Origin: Planctomycetota bacterium
GTDB lineage: Bacteria; Planctomycetota; Planctomycetia; Pirellulales; Lacipirellulaceae
DNA length: 64,000 nt
Reading direction: 5' to 3'
NCBI GenBank assembly: GCA_039190745.1
Contig: JBCCXZ010000003.1
Location: 59,760 to 123,759, forward strand
The first letter of the stretch is position 1; each line of letters begins with the position of its first letter. A program made the translations under genes and the position numbers. Below are positions 21,166-30,681 of the stretch, piece after piece. Below the pieces are notes generated by a model that ran no database searches, had not been told where the DNA came from, and saw only the letters and a program-made list of their open reading frames with translations.

Positions 21166-22422
21166 CTAGCGGGCCAGCGCGGCTTGAAGAAGCCTGAGGG
21201 CCTCGGCTGGCGCCGCACCGCTGGGTTGGAGCATTCTTCGGAGCGGAAGGGCCAAGCCGTCGGCCCGGAACGCTTGCCCTTCGGCGGTGATCCCCGGGGT
21301 GAGCGTCCCCAGCCGCACACGCGGCTCGAACCCCGTCCAGGACGAGGCCCCTCCGACGACAATGGTCGGAGTCTCGGCCAGGGCGTCCCGTTCTTGCGCT
21401 GTGAGGCTCTCAAGGCCGCCGTCCCCGACGAGCAATGCGACATCGACCGCTCTGCTGAGCAACAGCTCTCTTCCACCGGAGACTTCGATTAAGGCTTTGG
21501 GCGTTCCGCTGGAGTAGTCAACCGGGCCGGCCGCTCCGCTGGCCCACTGCAGGGCGGGCAGCCCCCCCGCGGCAGGGAGTGTCACAAGCACGCTCCGCGT
21601 GTCCGCGTTGAGCGATCTCACAAGGCGAGACAAACCGTCCACGACCGCACGTGGGTGGCTTGCCCCGGCGATGCCTCTCCCGAGAACGAAGGCGGAGTAG
21701 CGGCTCTGCTTTAGCCGTCCGGCTAGTAAGCGGAAAAATTCGTCGTGCGCCCCGTTACTCTGCTGTTTCGCGTCGATGCCTTCCACTTCGGCACGCAGTT
21801 GCCATACGGCACGCAAGTCCTCGGCTGGAGCTAGAGTCCGGTGGTGATCCGAAAGCGTAGCGGTGTTCGATTTGCCGTCGTCGACGCACCAGATATCGCG
21901 TTCCGGGCGTCCTCCCGGGATAGCCATCCCCGAGGGTTCGATGAACCGCTCCCAGAAACGGGGCTGTTCTGAGAATGGGTCGGCCCGCCAGAGGACGACC
22001 GTGTCTGCCCTGTGGCGGATCTCACCGAGTGTCGCTGTGCTTGCGCCAACTGTTTGCAACGCAGCGGTCGCAGCCTTTTCCAGTACGGAGCATTCAGGGG
22101 CAATCACTGCGCCGAGTTGCTCGGCAAGTTCCGTGGCGGCGCGGACGCCGTCCACGTCCAGTCCCCCCAGCCCGTACACCAACGGGGCCTTTGCTCGACT
22201 CAGGATGGACGCCGCTTCGGCAAAGGCTTCATCCCGCGAAGCTGCTCGGCCGTCGATTTGGTGGTCCGGCGTCAAGAGACCGGTACGCAACCACTGCTCT
22301 CCCAATTGGCAAAGGTTCTCGCTTCCGGAAACGGCTCCGTCTTCGACGGTCACGACGATGTCGTCACAGAGGCAGCCGCATGCAGTGCAGGCTCGGTCGC
22401 GGAGTATCGTGGGATTGCTCAT
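21166..22422 (-). CDS. fhcB: Formylmethanofuran dehydrogenase subunit B-like / formyltransferase-hydrolase complex subunit B
   Basis: CTACGCLCDDI, TLGEIRHRAD, C-terminal G.AFRADGLALPLR; overlaps the subunit C gene by 4 bp. Confidence 0.85.
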   Translation of the reverse strand: MSNPTILRDRACTACGCLCDDIVVTVEDGAVSGSENLCQLGEQWLRTGLLTPDHQIDGRAASRDEAFAEAASILSRAKAPLVYGLGGLDVDGVRAATELAEQLGAVIAPECSVLEKAATAALQTVGASTATLGEIRHRADTVVLWRADPFSEQPRFWERFIEPSGMAIPGGRPERDIWCVDDGKSNTATLSDHHRTLAPAEDLRAVWQLRAEVEGIDAKQQSNGAHDEFFRLLAGRLKQSRYSAFVLGRGIAGASHPRAVVDGLSRLVRSLNADTRSVLVTLPAAGGLPALQWASGAAGPVDYSSGTPKALIEVSGGRELLLSRAVDVALLVGDGGLESLTAQERDALAETPTIVVGGASSWTGFEPRVRLGTLTPGITAEGQAFRADGLALPLRRMLQPSGAAPAEALRLLQAALAR

Positions 22423-23243
22423 GCCGCCTCCGCTGAGATGAGCAGTTCTCCCTGGCCCACGCCCAAGTGGTCGCCGGAGTAGTGAATGAACTGACGATTA
22501 CGCTTGTAGGCGGCCCCCGCAAAGCCGGCGTCTTCTAACCAGCGGAGCAGCAAGCCGATAGCCGCGGGGCTTGAGAGGCACGCCTCGCGGAATGTCGGGA
22601 GCAGTTCCGGAAGATGCTGGCCGAGCAGCAAGATGGTGCCGCGGGACATACCGCCTCCGGGGTAGTCGCCGCATCGGCCGCCGACGACCAACGTCCCCGC
22701 CACCATGCTCCAAGCCGGGCACGCCCCGGTGTCGCCTCCAATCGCGATCACCCCGCGCCGCATCGTTCGCCCGACCCCTTCACACGCGTTGCCGTCGACA
22801 AGAATCAGGCCGCCGGTCATCCCCCGGGGCGAGCCGGGCTCCGCTCCGCCAAGCCCTTGCCCAGCGTTCCCGGAGATACGTAGTTGGCCGCCGCGCATCG
22901 CGGTTCCGGCGCCATCCCCGGCGCCGCCCTCAACCGTGAGCCTGCCGCCACGCATGCGGGCCCCAGCGCTAAGCCCGACCAAACCGGCCGCGACGATGTC
23001 GCCGCCTGCCATGCCCGCCCCGAGGTTGTGCACAGCGTGCAGATCGCCTTCGAATCGCAAAGACGGGTGGTCGGTGGTCCCCGAGACATCGAATAATTCG
23101 CCAATCGCAACTTGTTCTCGCCCACGACGGATCAGTCGACGCTGGACTTCTTGTGTCGACTGCCCACGCAGCGACTCCGGCAGCAGCCCCGTTGCGTCCA
23201 CGGGCAATGAGCCTTCGATTTTCGAGCTAAGGACCAGCGGCAT
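22419..23243 (-). CDS. fhcC: Formylmethanofuran dehydrogenase subunit C-like (GXGXG beta-helix)
   Basis: Repeated G..M.GG.I.V.G units, IGELFDVSG, YSGDHLGVGQGEL. Confidence 0.9.
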   Translation of the reverse strand: MPLVLSSKIEGSLPVDATGLLPESLRGQSTQEVQRRLIRRGREQVAIGELFDVSGTTDHPSLRFEGDLHAVHNLGAGMAGGDIVAAGLVGLSAGARMRGGRLTVEGGAGDGAGTAMRGGQLRISGNAGQGLGGAEPGSPRGMTGGLILVDGNACEGVGRTMRRGVIAIGGDTGACPAWSMVAGTLVVGGRCGDYPGGGMSRGTILLLGQHLPELLPTFREACLSSPAAIGLLLRWLEDAGFAGAAYKRNRQFIHYSGDHLGVGQGELLISAEAA

Positions 23244-23356
23244 GGGGAGCTCTCGATAGTAGCGATCCGTTTCGACGGTTAGAACAGACACTCGTTTGGT
23301 CTACCATACTAGCTCCCTGCGAGAGTCCTGTCCGCCTACAGCACAGAGGTAACGCA

Positions 23357-23971
23357 ATGCGATGTGGCGCGGTCATTCTGTGCGGTGGTCGGTCGATCCG
23401 CATGGGTCAGGACAAGGCCTGGCTCCTCATCGACGGCGAGACGATGTTAGAGCGTGTTGTACGCACGGCGAGCGGAGCGGTCGCCGGCGGGCCGGTCGTA
23501 GTTGTGGCTGCGGCGGGGCAGGGCCTTCCCAAACTGGGGCCGAACATTGCCGTGCGCCGAGACGCCGCCGAAGAGCGTGGCCCACTCGAGGGGTTGCGCG
23601 TCGGCCTCTCGACGCTTTCGGACTCTGCAGACGCGGTCTTCGTTACGGGGTGCGACGCCCCGCTGCTGACCGGCGTTTTCATCGAGTTTCTTTTCAACGC
23701 ACTAGGCAGTGCCGACGCAGCGGTCTCGGCCGACGATCACCGGCTACACCCGCTTGCCGCGGTCTATCGGCCTAACTTGCTGGGCAATATCGAACAGCTG
23801 ATGCGCGAAGGCGCCAGCTCGCTGCACGCTCTCCTGGAATCTTGCAAAACGGCCCGGATCGACGCGGAACAACGCCGCCGAATCGACTCTGATCTCCGGT
23901 GCCTAATGAACGTCAACCGGCATGAGGACTACCAGCGTGCAATACGCTTGCTGGCTGAAAACGGAAGCTAG
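23357..23971 (+). CDS. mobA: Molybdenum cofactor guanylyltransferase
   Basis: VILCGGRSIRMGQDKA, GPLEG, GCDAP, HPLAAVY, NVN...D. Confidence 0.92.
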   Translation: MRCGAVILCGGRSIRMGQDKAWLLIDGETMLERVVRTASGAVAGGPVVVVAAAGQGLPKLGPNIAVRRDAAEERGPLEGLRVGLSTLSDSADAVFVTGCDAPLLTGVFIEFLFNALGSADAAVSADDHRLHPLAAVYRPNLLGNIEQLMREGASSLHALLESCKTARIDAEQRRRIDSDLRCLMNVNRHEDYQRAIRLLAENGS

Positions 23972-23974
23972 CCG

Positions 23975-24568
23975 TTACCCGTCGAGCGTGCCCTTCGTGC
24001 TGGGGACTCCCGGCTGCCTGGGGTCGTTCTCCACCGCCATCCGCAACGCCCGCGCGGCACACTTGAAAACCGCCTCGGCGATGTGGTGGCTGTTCCGCCC
24101 GTGGTGCAGCACAACGTGCAAGTTGCACAACGCGTTGGCCGCAAACGCCTGCCAGAAATCTTCGAGCAGCTCGCTGTCGAAATCGCCGATCTTCGCCGCG
24201 GGGGTCGGGGCGTTGTAGGCCATCGCGTAGCGGCCGCTGAGGTCGATCGCCACAGTCACCAGAGTCTCCTCCATCGGCAGCGTGAAGTGCCCGTAGCGCC
24301 GGATGCCGCGTTTGTCGCCCAATGCTTCTTTCAAAGCCGAGCCGAGGCAGATGCCGGTGTCTTCCACCGTGTGGTGCTGGTCGACATGCAGGTCGCCTTT
24401 TGCCGAAACGCTCAGATCAAAGACGCCGTGCCTGGAGAACAACTCCAGCATGTGGTCCAGGAAGCCGACCCCGGTTTGGATCTCGCCCCCGCCCTCACCG
24501 TCCAGGCCCAGGGCTAGCTCGATCGAGGTTTCAGCGGTCTTGCGGGTGATCTGGGCGGTGCGATTCAT
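23975..24568 (-). CDS. hisB: Imidazoleglycerol-phosphate dehydratase
   Basis: [41 protein letters not shown]. Confidence 0.97.
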   Translation of the reverse strand: MNRTAQITRKTAETSIELALGLDGEGGGEIQTGVGFLDHMLELFSRHGVFDLSVSAKGDLHVDQHHTVEDTGICLGSALKEALGDKRGIRRYGHFTLPMEETLVTVAIDLSGRYAMAYNAPTPAAKIGDFDSELLEDFWQAFAANALCNLHVVLHHGRNSHHIAEAVFKCAARALRMAVENDPRQPGVPSTKGTLDG

Positions 24569-24749
24569 CGGTTTCTCGTTGGGGCCGCTGTGGCGACTCG
24601 ATTCAATTTAAAAGCCTAACACGGACCCAGTTGGGCCACGAGGCGTTCGGTGTTCCTGTGGGGCTGCTTGGGGCGTCGAACAGAAACGCAGTAAACTAAG
24701 CCGCAGAGGCCAGGGATTCCTGTTTGGATGCTATTCGGAGGACTGAATC

Positions 24750-24953
24750 GTGCCGCCAATGAAAAAGCCGTCTCGGGGCGGCCGTAGCCTGCACTCCCTC
24801 ACCCACCTCGCCAAACGTTGGACGATGACCCGCCGCGAGGTCCGGCGTCTTCTGCAATCCGGCCGGATTGGGTTCGAGCAGGTCTGCGGCGAGCTCTGCG
24901 TCCCCGAGGACGAGGTGCGTCGTTTCGAGCGGGCCAGCGGCCGACGCAGCTAG
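24750..24953 (+). CDS. Small excisionase/MerR-like helix-turn-helix protein
   Basis: GGAGG 8 nt upstream of GTG; SLTHLAKRWTMTRREVRRLLQSGRI...VPEDEVRRF pattern typical of HTH_17. Confidence 0.65.
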   Translation: MPPMKKPSRGGRSLHSLTHLAKRWTMTRREVRRLLQSGRIGFEQVCGELCVPEDEVRRFERASGRRS

Positions 24954-25414
24954 CGCCACCATAGGTTGTCGCTACTGGGTGCGTGGTTAGCAGAAGCGGG
25001 CGACGTGCTTGGCTTGAGCCCCGGCTGGCTTCCGACGGAGCCCCGAGCAGTGGGCAGGTAGGTTTTGGTCTGGGCCGGTCGAACGCCCGCCGAGCTGCCC
25101 CACTCGTGGCCGCACGGCATGCCGAAGCCGCAGGCCTTCGGAGCGGTAGCAGGTCCCAGGTACGCGGGGCGGAAATCGGAGCACCCGAACGGGCCGCACT
25201 CCTTTGGCACGAAGGCCAGCTGCGGGACTTCCAATGTCGGAGAGCCGGGAGATCTGACTATCGGTGCGTGGTATCCCGGCCCGTAGCCGACCCCGCACCA
25301 CTGGGCCAGGTTGCTCGGCAACCGCCAGCGCCCGGTTTCCTCCTTGGCCGATGCCGTTTCGGCCGAGAGCGTTGCGTACAGCAACAGAGCGAGAGCGGTC
25401 TTGCTTGTCCGCAT
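24950..25414 (-). CDS. Secreted hypothetical protein (Cys/Gly/Pro-rich)
   Basis: Signal peptide MRTSKTALALLLYATLSAETASA; PSNLAQWCGVGYGPGYHAP. Confidence 0.6.
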   Translation of the reverse strand: MRTSKTALALLLYATLSAETASAKEETGRWRLPSNLAQWCGVGYGPGYHAPIVRSPGSPTLEVPQLAFVPKECGPFGCSDFRPAYLGPATAPKACGFGMPCGHEWGSSAGVRPAQTKTYLPTARGSVGSQPGLKPSTSPASANHAPSSDNLWWR

Positions 25415-25583
25415 GTCGGGCCCCTTTTCGATCGATCGAACGCAAGGCGTGTCTACCGCACGCCCTCGGTAGGATCGATCCAGACCCGTCCCGCACATCA
25501 GCTCAAGCGAACGAGCCAGCACCCCAACCAAGCCCGAGGGCTGCACGGTCGTTAAAGCCGTTAGAACCGTTGCGACGACGCAA

Positions 25584-26702
25584 TCAGCCGGCAGCGCGGC
25601 TGTTCTCTCGGGCACGCCGCCAGAGTGTGCCTAGCACCTCGGTCAGCGAGTCGGCCTGGCAACGCCGGTACGGTGAATCCGGCGGCAGCTCCCTCATCAG
25701 GCGGCCGTGCGCCTCGCTCAGGGCGTGGTAAGGCATGGTCGGGAAAATGTGGTGCAGTGCGTGGAAACGCAGCCCCACGGGCGCCCAGAGGGTCGAGAAA
25801 ATCGGGTTCTTGGGGTAGTCGACCGAGTCGAGCATCTGCTCGATGAAGGTCATCTCGCCGCCGGACGACGTCCACCGGTGCGCGCCGAGCGTCCGCAGGG
25901 CGTTGATCACCATGATGAAGACCCCCGTTAAGTAGACCTGCACGAGTAGTGCTTTCGGGAGTGGCTCGGTCGCGAGGATGCCGAACGAAGTGAACATCCG
26001 CAAACTGACAAACCACACGAATGCGAAGCAGCAGAACTCTTGCAGTCGCATGATCCGACGGACGCGCTGCGTCGGGAGAGGCCGGATGTACGTGGGGTCC
26101 ATAATCATCGACGAGGCGTGCTGGTGCACCCAACGCCGGATCGCCGGGCTGACCCAGGTGAGTGGCGTCAGCAGGCCCCAACGGACGACCGCCGCGATCG
26201 GGATCACCAGCACCTGCGACAAGTAGAACAGCGTTTGCCACGCCGGCATGCGGGCCAGCGCGATGTACTCGCCGTCCTCCTCGGTGCCGTAGTGTTTCCG
26301 CCGGTGGTGGTCGATGTGCGTGTAGTACACGAACGACGGGATCAGGAACGGGATGCCGCACAGCAGGTTCCAGACGACCCGGAAGACGGTAAACTCGCCC
26401 GCTCGGATGTGGACCAACTCGTGGATGAACAAGCTGCACCGGTAGTACAACAGCGCAGAGATCAGGAAACAGGCGAGGGTTACCGGCCAGTGCCAAGCGG
26501 GGTTGGCGACCAGAACCTCCGGGCGGAGCACCAGCGAGAACGCTGCTACGCCAACCGACCAGCTAAGCAGGAAGTCGGTCCAGTAGACCCAAGGGTTAGG
26601 CGTGAAGAATTCACCAACAATCCGCCGGGCCTCGGAGAGCGAAAACTCGTTCGCTCCGGAAGACGGGCCTGCGGCTGCGGCGGGGTCCAAGACGGTCGAC
26701 AC
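25584..26702 (-). CDS. Membrane fatty acid desaturase family protein
   Basis: Three His boxes HELVH, HIDHH, HALHH plus TM helices. Confidence 0.9.
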   Translation of the reverse strand: MSTVLDPAAAAGPSSGANEFSLSEARRIVGEFFTPNPWVYWTDFLLSWSVGVAAFSLVLRPEVLVANPAWHWPVTLACFLISALLYYRCSLFIHELVHIRAGEFTVFRVVWNLLCGIPFLIPSFVYYTHIDHHRRKHYGTEEDGEYIALARMPAWQTLFYLSQVLVIPIAAVVRWGLLTPLTWVSPAIRRWVHQHASSMIMDPTYIRPLPTQRVRRIMRLQEFCCFAFVWFVSLRMFTSFGILATEPLPKALLVQVYLTGVFIMVINALRTLGAHRWTSSGGEMTFIEQMLDSVDYPKNPIFSTLWAPVGLRFHALHHIFPTMPYHALSEAHGRLMRELPPDSPYRRCQADSLTEVLGTLWRRARENSRAAG

Positions 26703-27000
26703 GCTACTCGTACTCCAGTTTTGCCCCAGAAACGTCTTTCACTCCGGTCTGCCGCACTACGCGGGGGCCCGGCCGGTACAATGGCCATATGGCTACAATG
26801 GTCGTAGCGTCAGCCCTGGTAGGCTGTGACGAAGTTATTGAGTTTATCGGCGTGGATTGGGCGATGCCAGCATCTGCCGAGTGCGGGGGTGGCGTTGGCC
26901 CCGTGGGTCACCGATAGACTCACCGGAGACCCCAGCCTTGGCCTTCCTTAAGGTCGACCTCCGTCGGCCGCCACTTGTGCCAAGCCACCAATAAAAAGAC

Positions 27001-28260
27001 GTGCCGCAAGAAGTAGTTATCACCGGGCTGGGCGTGGTTTGCCCGCTAGGCATCGGGAACGAAGCCGTCTGGGCCGCCGTCGAGGCCGGCCGCAGCGGCG
27101 TCCACACCATCGAGCGGTTTGCCGAAGCCGGCCTCCAGCCCCCGATCGCCGGCGAGGTGACCGACCTCGACCCGAAGCAGTACGTCAAACCGCGCAAGAG
27201 CCTCAAAGTGATGAGCCGCGAGACCCATTTCGGGTTCAGCGCGGCTGAAATCGCCTGGGCGGATGCGGGGCTCGAGGGAACATCGATCACCCCGGAACGG
27301 CTGGGCGTGGTCGTCGGCGCCAATATCTTTCGTTCGGACCTCAATGAGTTGGTCGCTTCCTACCGCGCGACCAGCGAGGGCGAGTCTTTCGACTTCACCC
27401 AGTGGGGGCATGCAGGCATGCCCGAACTGTACCCCCTGTGGATGCTTAAGTATCTGCCGAACATGACCGCCTGTCACATCGGCATCTACCACGACGCTCG
27501 CGGCCCCATCAACACCATCGTCGAGGGAGATGTCTCGTCGCTCCTCTCAGTGATCGAGGCAGCCGACGTAATCGCCCGCGGCCACGCGGACGTGATGATC
27601 GCGGGCGCCACCAGTTCAATGCTCTCATTGATAGACCTCTGCTGGCACGCGGGGGCCGGCCTTTCGACACGCAGCGACGACCCCGCTGGGGCGTGCCGGC
27701 CTTTTGACGCAGAACGTGACGGGACCGTTGCCTCTGAGGGCGCCGGGATGTTCGTCCTTGAAAGCCGCGACCACGCCGAGAAACGAGGCGCGCGGATCCG
27801 CGGCCGAGTAAGCGGCTACGCCCGCCGAGCCGAACCTTCCGCGATGACCCAAACGCCGACTGGCTCAGCGGTCCGCAACTCGCTCGCAGCCGCTGTTGAG
27901 CGCTCGCGACTAGCACCGGAACACATTGGCCACGTGAGCGCCCATGGCCTGGGGAGCGTCGAGGCAGACGCCTTTGAGGCTCAAGCGATCGCCGACGTTC
28001 TGGGGGACGTGCGTGTGACCGCGACGAAGAGCTTCTTCGGGAACCTTGGTGCCGCGGGCGGTGCGGCAGAACTCGTCGTAAGCCTCTTAGGTGCTGAAGC
28101 CGGCGTGGCCCCGCCGACACGCAACTACGAGACGCCCGACCCGCGTTGCCCGGTCAATGTTAGCCCCGAGCCGGTGGAGACGCCGAGCAAGTCGGTAGTC
28201 GCCATCAGCCACAAGTGCACCGGCCAGGCCGTAACGCTCGTGGTCGATGAAGCGGTTTAA
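27001..28260 (+). CDS. Beta-ketoacyl-ACP synthase (FabF)-like protein with altered catalytic residues
   Basis: VVITGLGVVCPLG, PNMTACHI, CRPFDAERDG...EGAG, HVSAHG; catalytic Cys position is Asp. Confidence 0.88.
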   Translation: MPQEVVITGLGVVCPLGIGNEAVWAAVEAGRSGVHTIERFAEAGLQPPIAGEVTDLDPKQYVKPRKSLKVMSRETHFGFSAAEIAWADAGLEGTSITPERLGVVVGANIFRSDLNELVASYRATSEGESFDFTQWGHAGMPELYPLWMLKYLPNMTACHIGIYHDARGPINTIVEGDVSSLLSVIEAADVIARGHADVMIAGATSSMLSLIDLCWHAGAGLSTRSDDPAGACRPFDAERDGTVASEGAGMFVLESRDHAEKRGARIRGRVSGYARRAEPSAMTQTPTGSAVRNSLAAAVERSRLAPEHIGHVSAHGLGSVEADAFEAQAIADVLGDVRVTATKSFFGNLGAAGGAAELVVSLLGAEAGVAPPTRNYETPDPRCPVNVSPEPVETPSKSVVAISHKCTGQAVTLVVDEAV

Positions 28261-28305
28261 CAAGCCCTCGCAGCATGCCCTCCCACTGGCCGCGGCCAGC
28301 AGCGT

Positions 28306-28788
28306 TCAGCCACGTCGCATCGCCCGATCGATGTCCCGCTGCATGTCTTTCTTCTTCAGCGACTCGCGTTTGTCATACTGCTTCTTGCCCTTGCCTAGGC
28401 CCATCAGTACCTTGGCCCGGCCCCGCTTGAAGTATATCTTCAGCGGCACCAGCGTCAGGTTCTTCTCGTAGGCCTGGGCCGCGAACTTACGGATCTCCCG
28501 GCGGTGCATGAGCAGCTTCCGCCGCCGCCGCGGCTCGTGGTTCAGGGCGTTCGCGAAGGAGTACTCCGGGATATCGCAGCCGACAAGCCAGACTTCGTCT
28601 TTATCGACCCGGCCGTACGCCTCTTCGAGCGACACCTGGCCCGCCCGGAGGCTTTTGACCTCGCTCCCGACGAGTTGAATGCCGCACTCCAGGGTGTCGA
28701 GCACCGCGTAGGTGTGCCGGGCCTTTCGGTTGTTGGCGATGACCTTCTCGTTCTTGTCCTCGCCGTCTTTCTTTTTGTTCTTGGCCGT
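28306..28788 (-). CDS. smpB: SsrA-binding protein SmpB (probable ACG start)
   Basis: IANNRKARHTY, GIQLVGSEVKS, RKLLMHRREI, GKGKKQYDKRE. The conserved N-terminus lies upstream of the first canonical start (GTG 28704). ACG at 28788 has GGAGG 8 nt upstream and gives 160 aa. Confidence 0.93.
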   Translation of the reverse strand, partial: TAKNKKKDGEDKNEKVIANNRKARHTYAVLDTLECGIQLVGSEVKSLRAGQVSLEEAYGRVDKDEVWLVGCDIPEYSFANALNHEPRRRRKLLMHRREIRKFAAQAYEKNLTLVPLKIYFKRGRAKVLMGLGKGKKQYDKRESLKKKDMQRDIDRAMRRG

Positions 28789-28955
28789 GGATCCCGCCTC
28801 CGATGAGCCGCCCCGCGGCGGGCGGCGGTAGTCGTGACAAACTCTCCAAACTAACGGAGCTACCAGCGAGGAGAAAGAGCCGACACGGCCCCTGGGCCTG
28901 AAAAGACCACTGGCGAAGAGGGTGCTGACGAGGGGCTTCTAGTTTATTAGCGCAC

Positions 28956-29018
28956 AAAAAACCGCGAACCGGGTCCGCCGGAGGGAGGCGTGGGATACTG
29001 CGGATCACCGGTTCGCGG
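28956..29018 (-). terminator. Intrinsic terminator-like hairpin with extended loop
   Basis: CCGCGAACCGG (28962-28972)/CCGGTTCGCGG (29008-29018) followed by T6 on the minus strand, downstream of the 29081-29365 gene. Confidence 0.6.
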
Positions 29019-29080
29019 GCGGGGTGCGAGTGTGAGCCGCTCTGGGAGCAGCTACTCGGTCGCCATCAGGTTGTAACGCC

Positions 29081-29365
29081 CTAGGATACGGGCGGGCGGT
29101 CGTCGATTCCTCGGAATACGTCGGCTAGAGAACCAAGAACCGGCGAGGCAGAAGCCGGGGAATCAACCGGTGGGCGGAACTCTGCGAGCAGGTCCGCGTG
29201 CAGGTTGCAGCAGGCTAAATAGCGTTCGCGGGCGGACTGGTCGCTCGCCAAGCGGGTCTCCAGCTCGGCAACTTCTTGGTTATCAATTGTTTGGTCGATC
29301 AAGCCCCAAATTTGTGCGTCTAAGGGGTCGGGATCGAATTCGGTGTTTAGCTGAGGTTCCATCAC
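29081..29365 (-). CDS. Small hypothetical protein resembling the N-terminal helical domain of planctomycete anti-sigma/FecR-like proteins
   Basis: IWGLIDQTIDNQEVAELETRLASDQSARERYLACCNLHADL; AGGAG upstream. Confidence 0.6.
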   Translation of the reverse strand: MMEPQLNTEFDPDPLDAQIWGLIDQTIDNQEVAELETRLASDQSARERYLACCNLHADLLAEFRPPVDSPASASPVLGSLADVFRGIDDRPPVS

Positions 29366-29727
29366 TTGTGGATGTCTCCTACTCCGGACCCGCTTGGGAT
29401 GGCCCAGGCGGTCCGGAACAATCGCGCCCTGTTCTCTGGTCAGCCGACGCGAGCCGGCCTCTAGGGTTCCGATGCCAGAGACTGCAAAGGGCGTGCCTGA
29501 TTACTCAATCGGCCAGATAAGCTCAATATCAGACCCGTTTGAGCCGATTCTTCTCGGAATCTTCAGCTTCCGGTCGCGGTCTCACACTCTGCCTTGCCTA
29601 AGAGCTGAGCAAGACTGCCGCGATTCTTTGCTGCCAAGCTGCGAACGCTTCTATGAAAGCATAGGTCACTAGCTCAACTAAAGAGCGGCTGTCCACTCTT
29701 TCAGCGTCGCGACAGGTGGGAAGCCGC

Positions 29728-30504
29728 CTATTCTTCGAGCTGAGGCCACGGTCGTGCGCCAACGACACGGCCTGTGGCCCCGCGCTGCACCATACAGATC
29801 ACGGAAAGCAGATCAGGGTTCTCGCTCCGGCCTTCGGGAAGTCTGAGGGTTACCCCAAAATCACCCGAGGCGGCGAGCGGGGTCTCGCCAAGCGTCAGCA
29901 CCACGTTCGTGTGCTTCAGCCTCCGCCCCGCGTTCTCTCCAGTCGCCACAGCCGAAGAAGCTTTGGGCAATACCAAGGCGGCGACGACAGAATCGCCGTC
30001 CTGATGGCCGGTCGTCTGGCCGGAGACCTGCCAAGACCGCCCGGTTCGATGCACTTGGAGATGGATCGAGACGGCCGGCTTAGCTTCGAGCTCAGCCAAA
30101 ATTGCGGCTCGAGCCCGCTTGGCGTCGGAGCCCACAAACTCGACCCGCCCGTTTACAACCATTTGCGGCGTATACAGGCGGTTCGAGGCTAGCAGCGTCG
30201 CGTACCGACGCTGCCTGGCTGTGAAGGCCGCGTCTGCAAATGGGTCTTTCCAGCCGAGGCGGTCCCAGTAGTCGACGTGCATCTCCAGGGCATACACCGG
30301 CAGACCCTGATCCCTAGCGATCCGATTGATTTCTGCGGCCAGCAATTCCGCGGGAGGGCACGAACTGCAGCCCTCCGAGGTGAATAGCTCGATGACTACC
30401 GGCGGAGCATTAGATTGAGGATAGTCGACTCCAAATGCTTGCCGAGGCGTCCCAACAAAGAGGCCGGACAGCGTCAAAGTAGTAGCAAGTATCGGTCGTT
30501 GCAT
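29728..30504 (-). CDS. DUF1223 thioredoxin-like secreted protein
   Basis: VIELFTSEGCSSCPPA, HVDYWDRLGWKDPF, YTPQMVVNG, GENAGRRLKH.NVV. Confidence 0.9.
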   Translation of the reverse strand: MQRPILATTLTLSGLFVGTPRQAFGVDYPQSNAPPVVIELFTSEGCSSCPPAELLAAEINRIARDQGLPVYALEMHVDYWDRLGWKDPFADAAFTARQRRYATLLASNRLYTPQMVVNGRVEFVGSDAKRARAAILAELEAKPAVSIHLQVHRTGRSWQVSGQTTGHQDGDSVVAALVLPKASSAVATGENAGRRLKHTNVVLTLGETPLAASGDFGVTLRLPEGRSENPDLLSVICMVQRGATGRVVGARPWPQLEE

Positions 30505-30681
30505 CAGACGCTCAGTCGGGGTGCAGAGAAACTCCGCTTTGGCATGTTTACACCAGAGCCTAGGTCGGAATGTGCAGGTATTCACAGAGCTTCAAGAAAA
30601 GAAGGCTAGACAGCTCAGGCAACGGGCTAGAAACGCGAACAAAGCAACTTCACCCTTGTGTTTCAACCGGGAGACAGATCC

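Noticed and set aside
29461..29520. CTAGGGTTCCG resembling the start of a ykkC/guanidine-I riboswitch
   Set aside because: The conserved 3' half is missing and no co-oriented gene lies downstream
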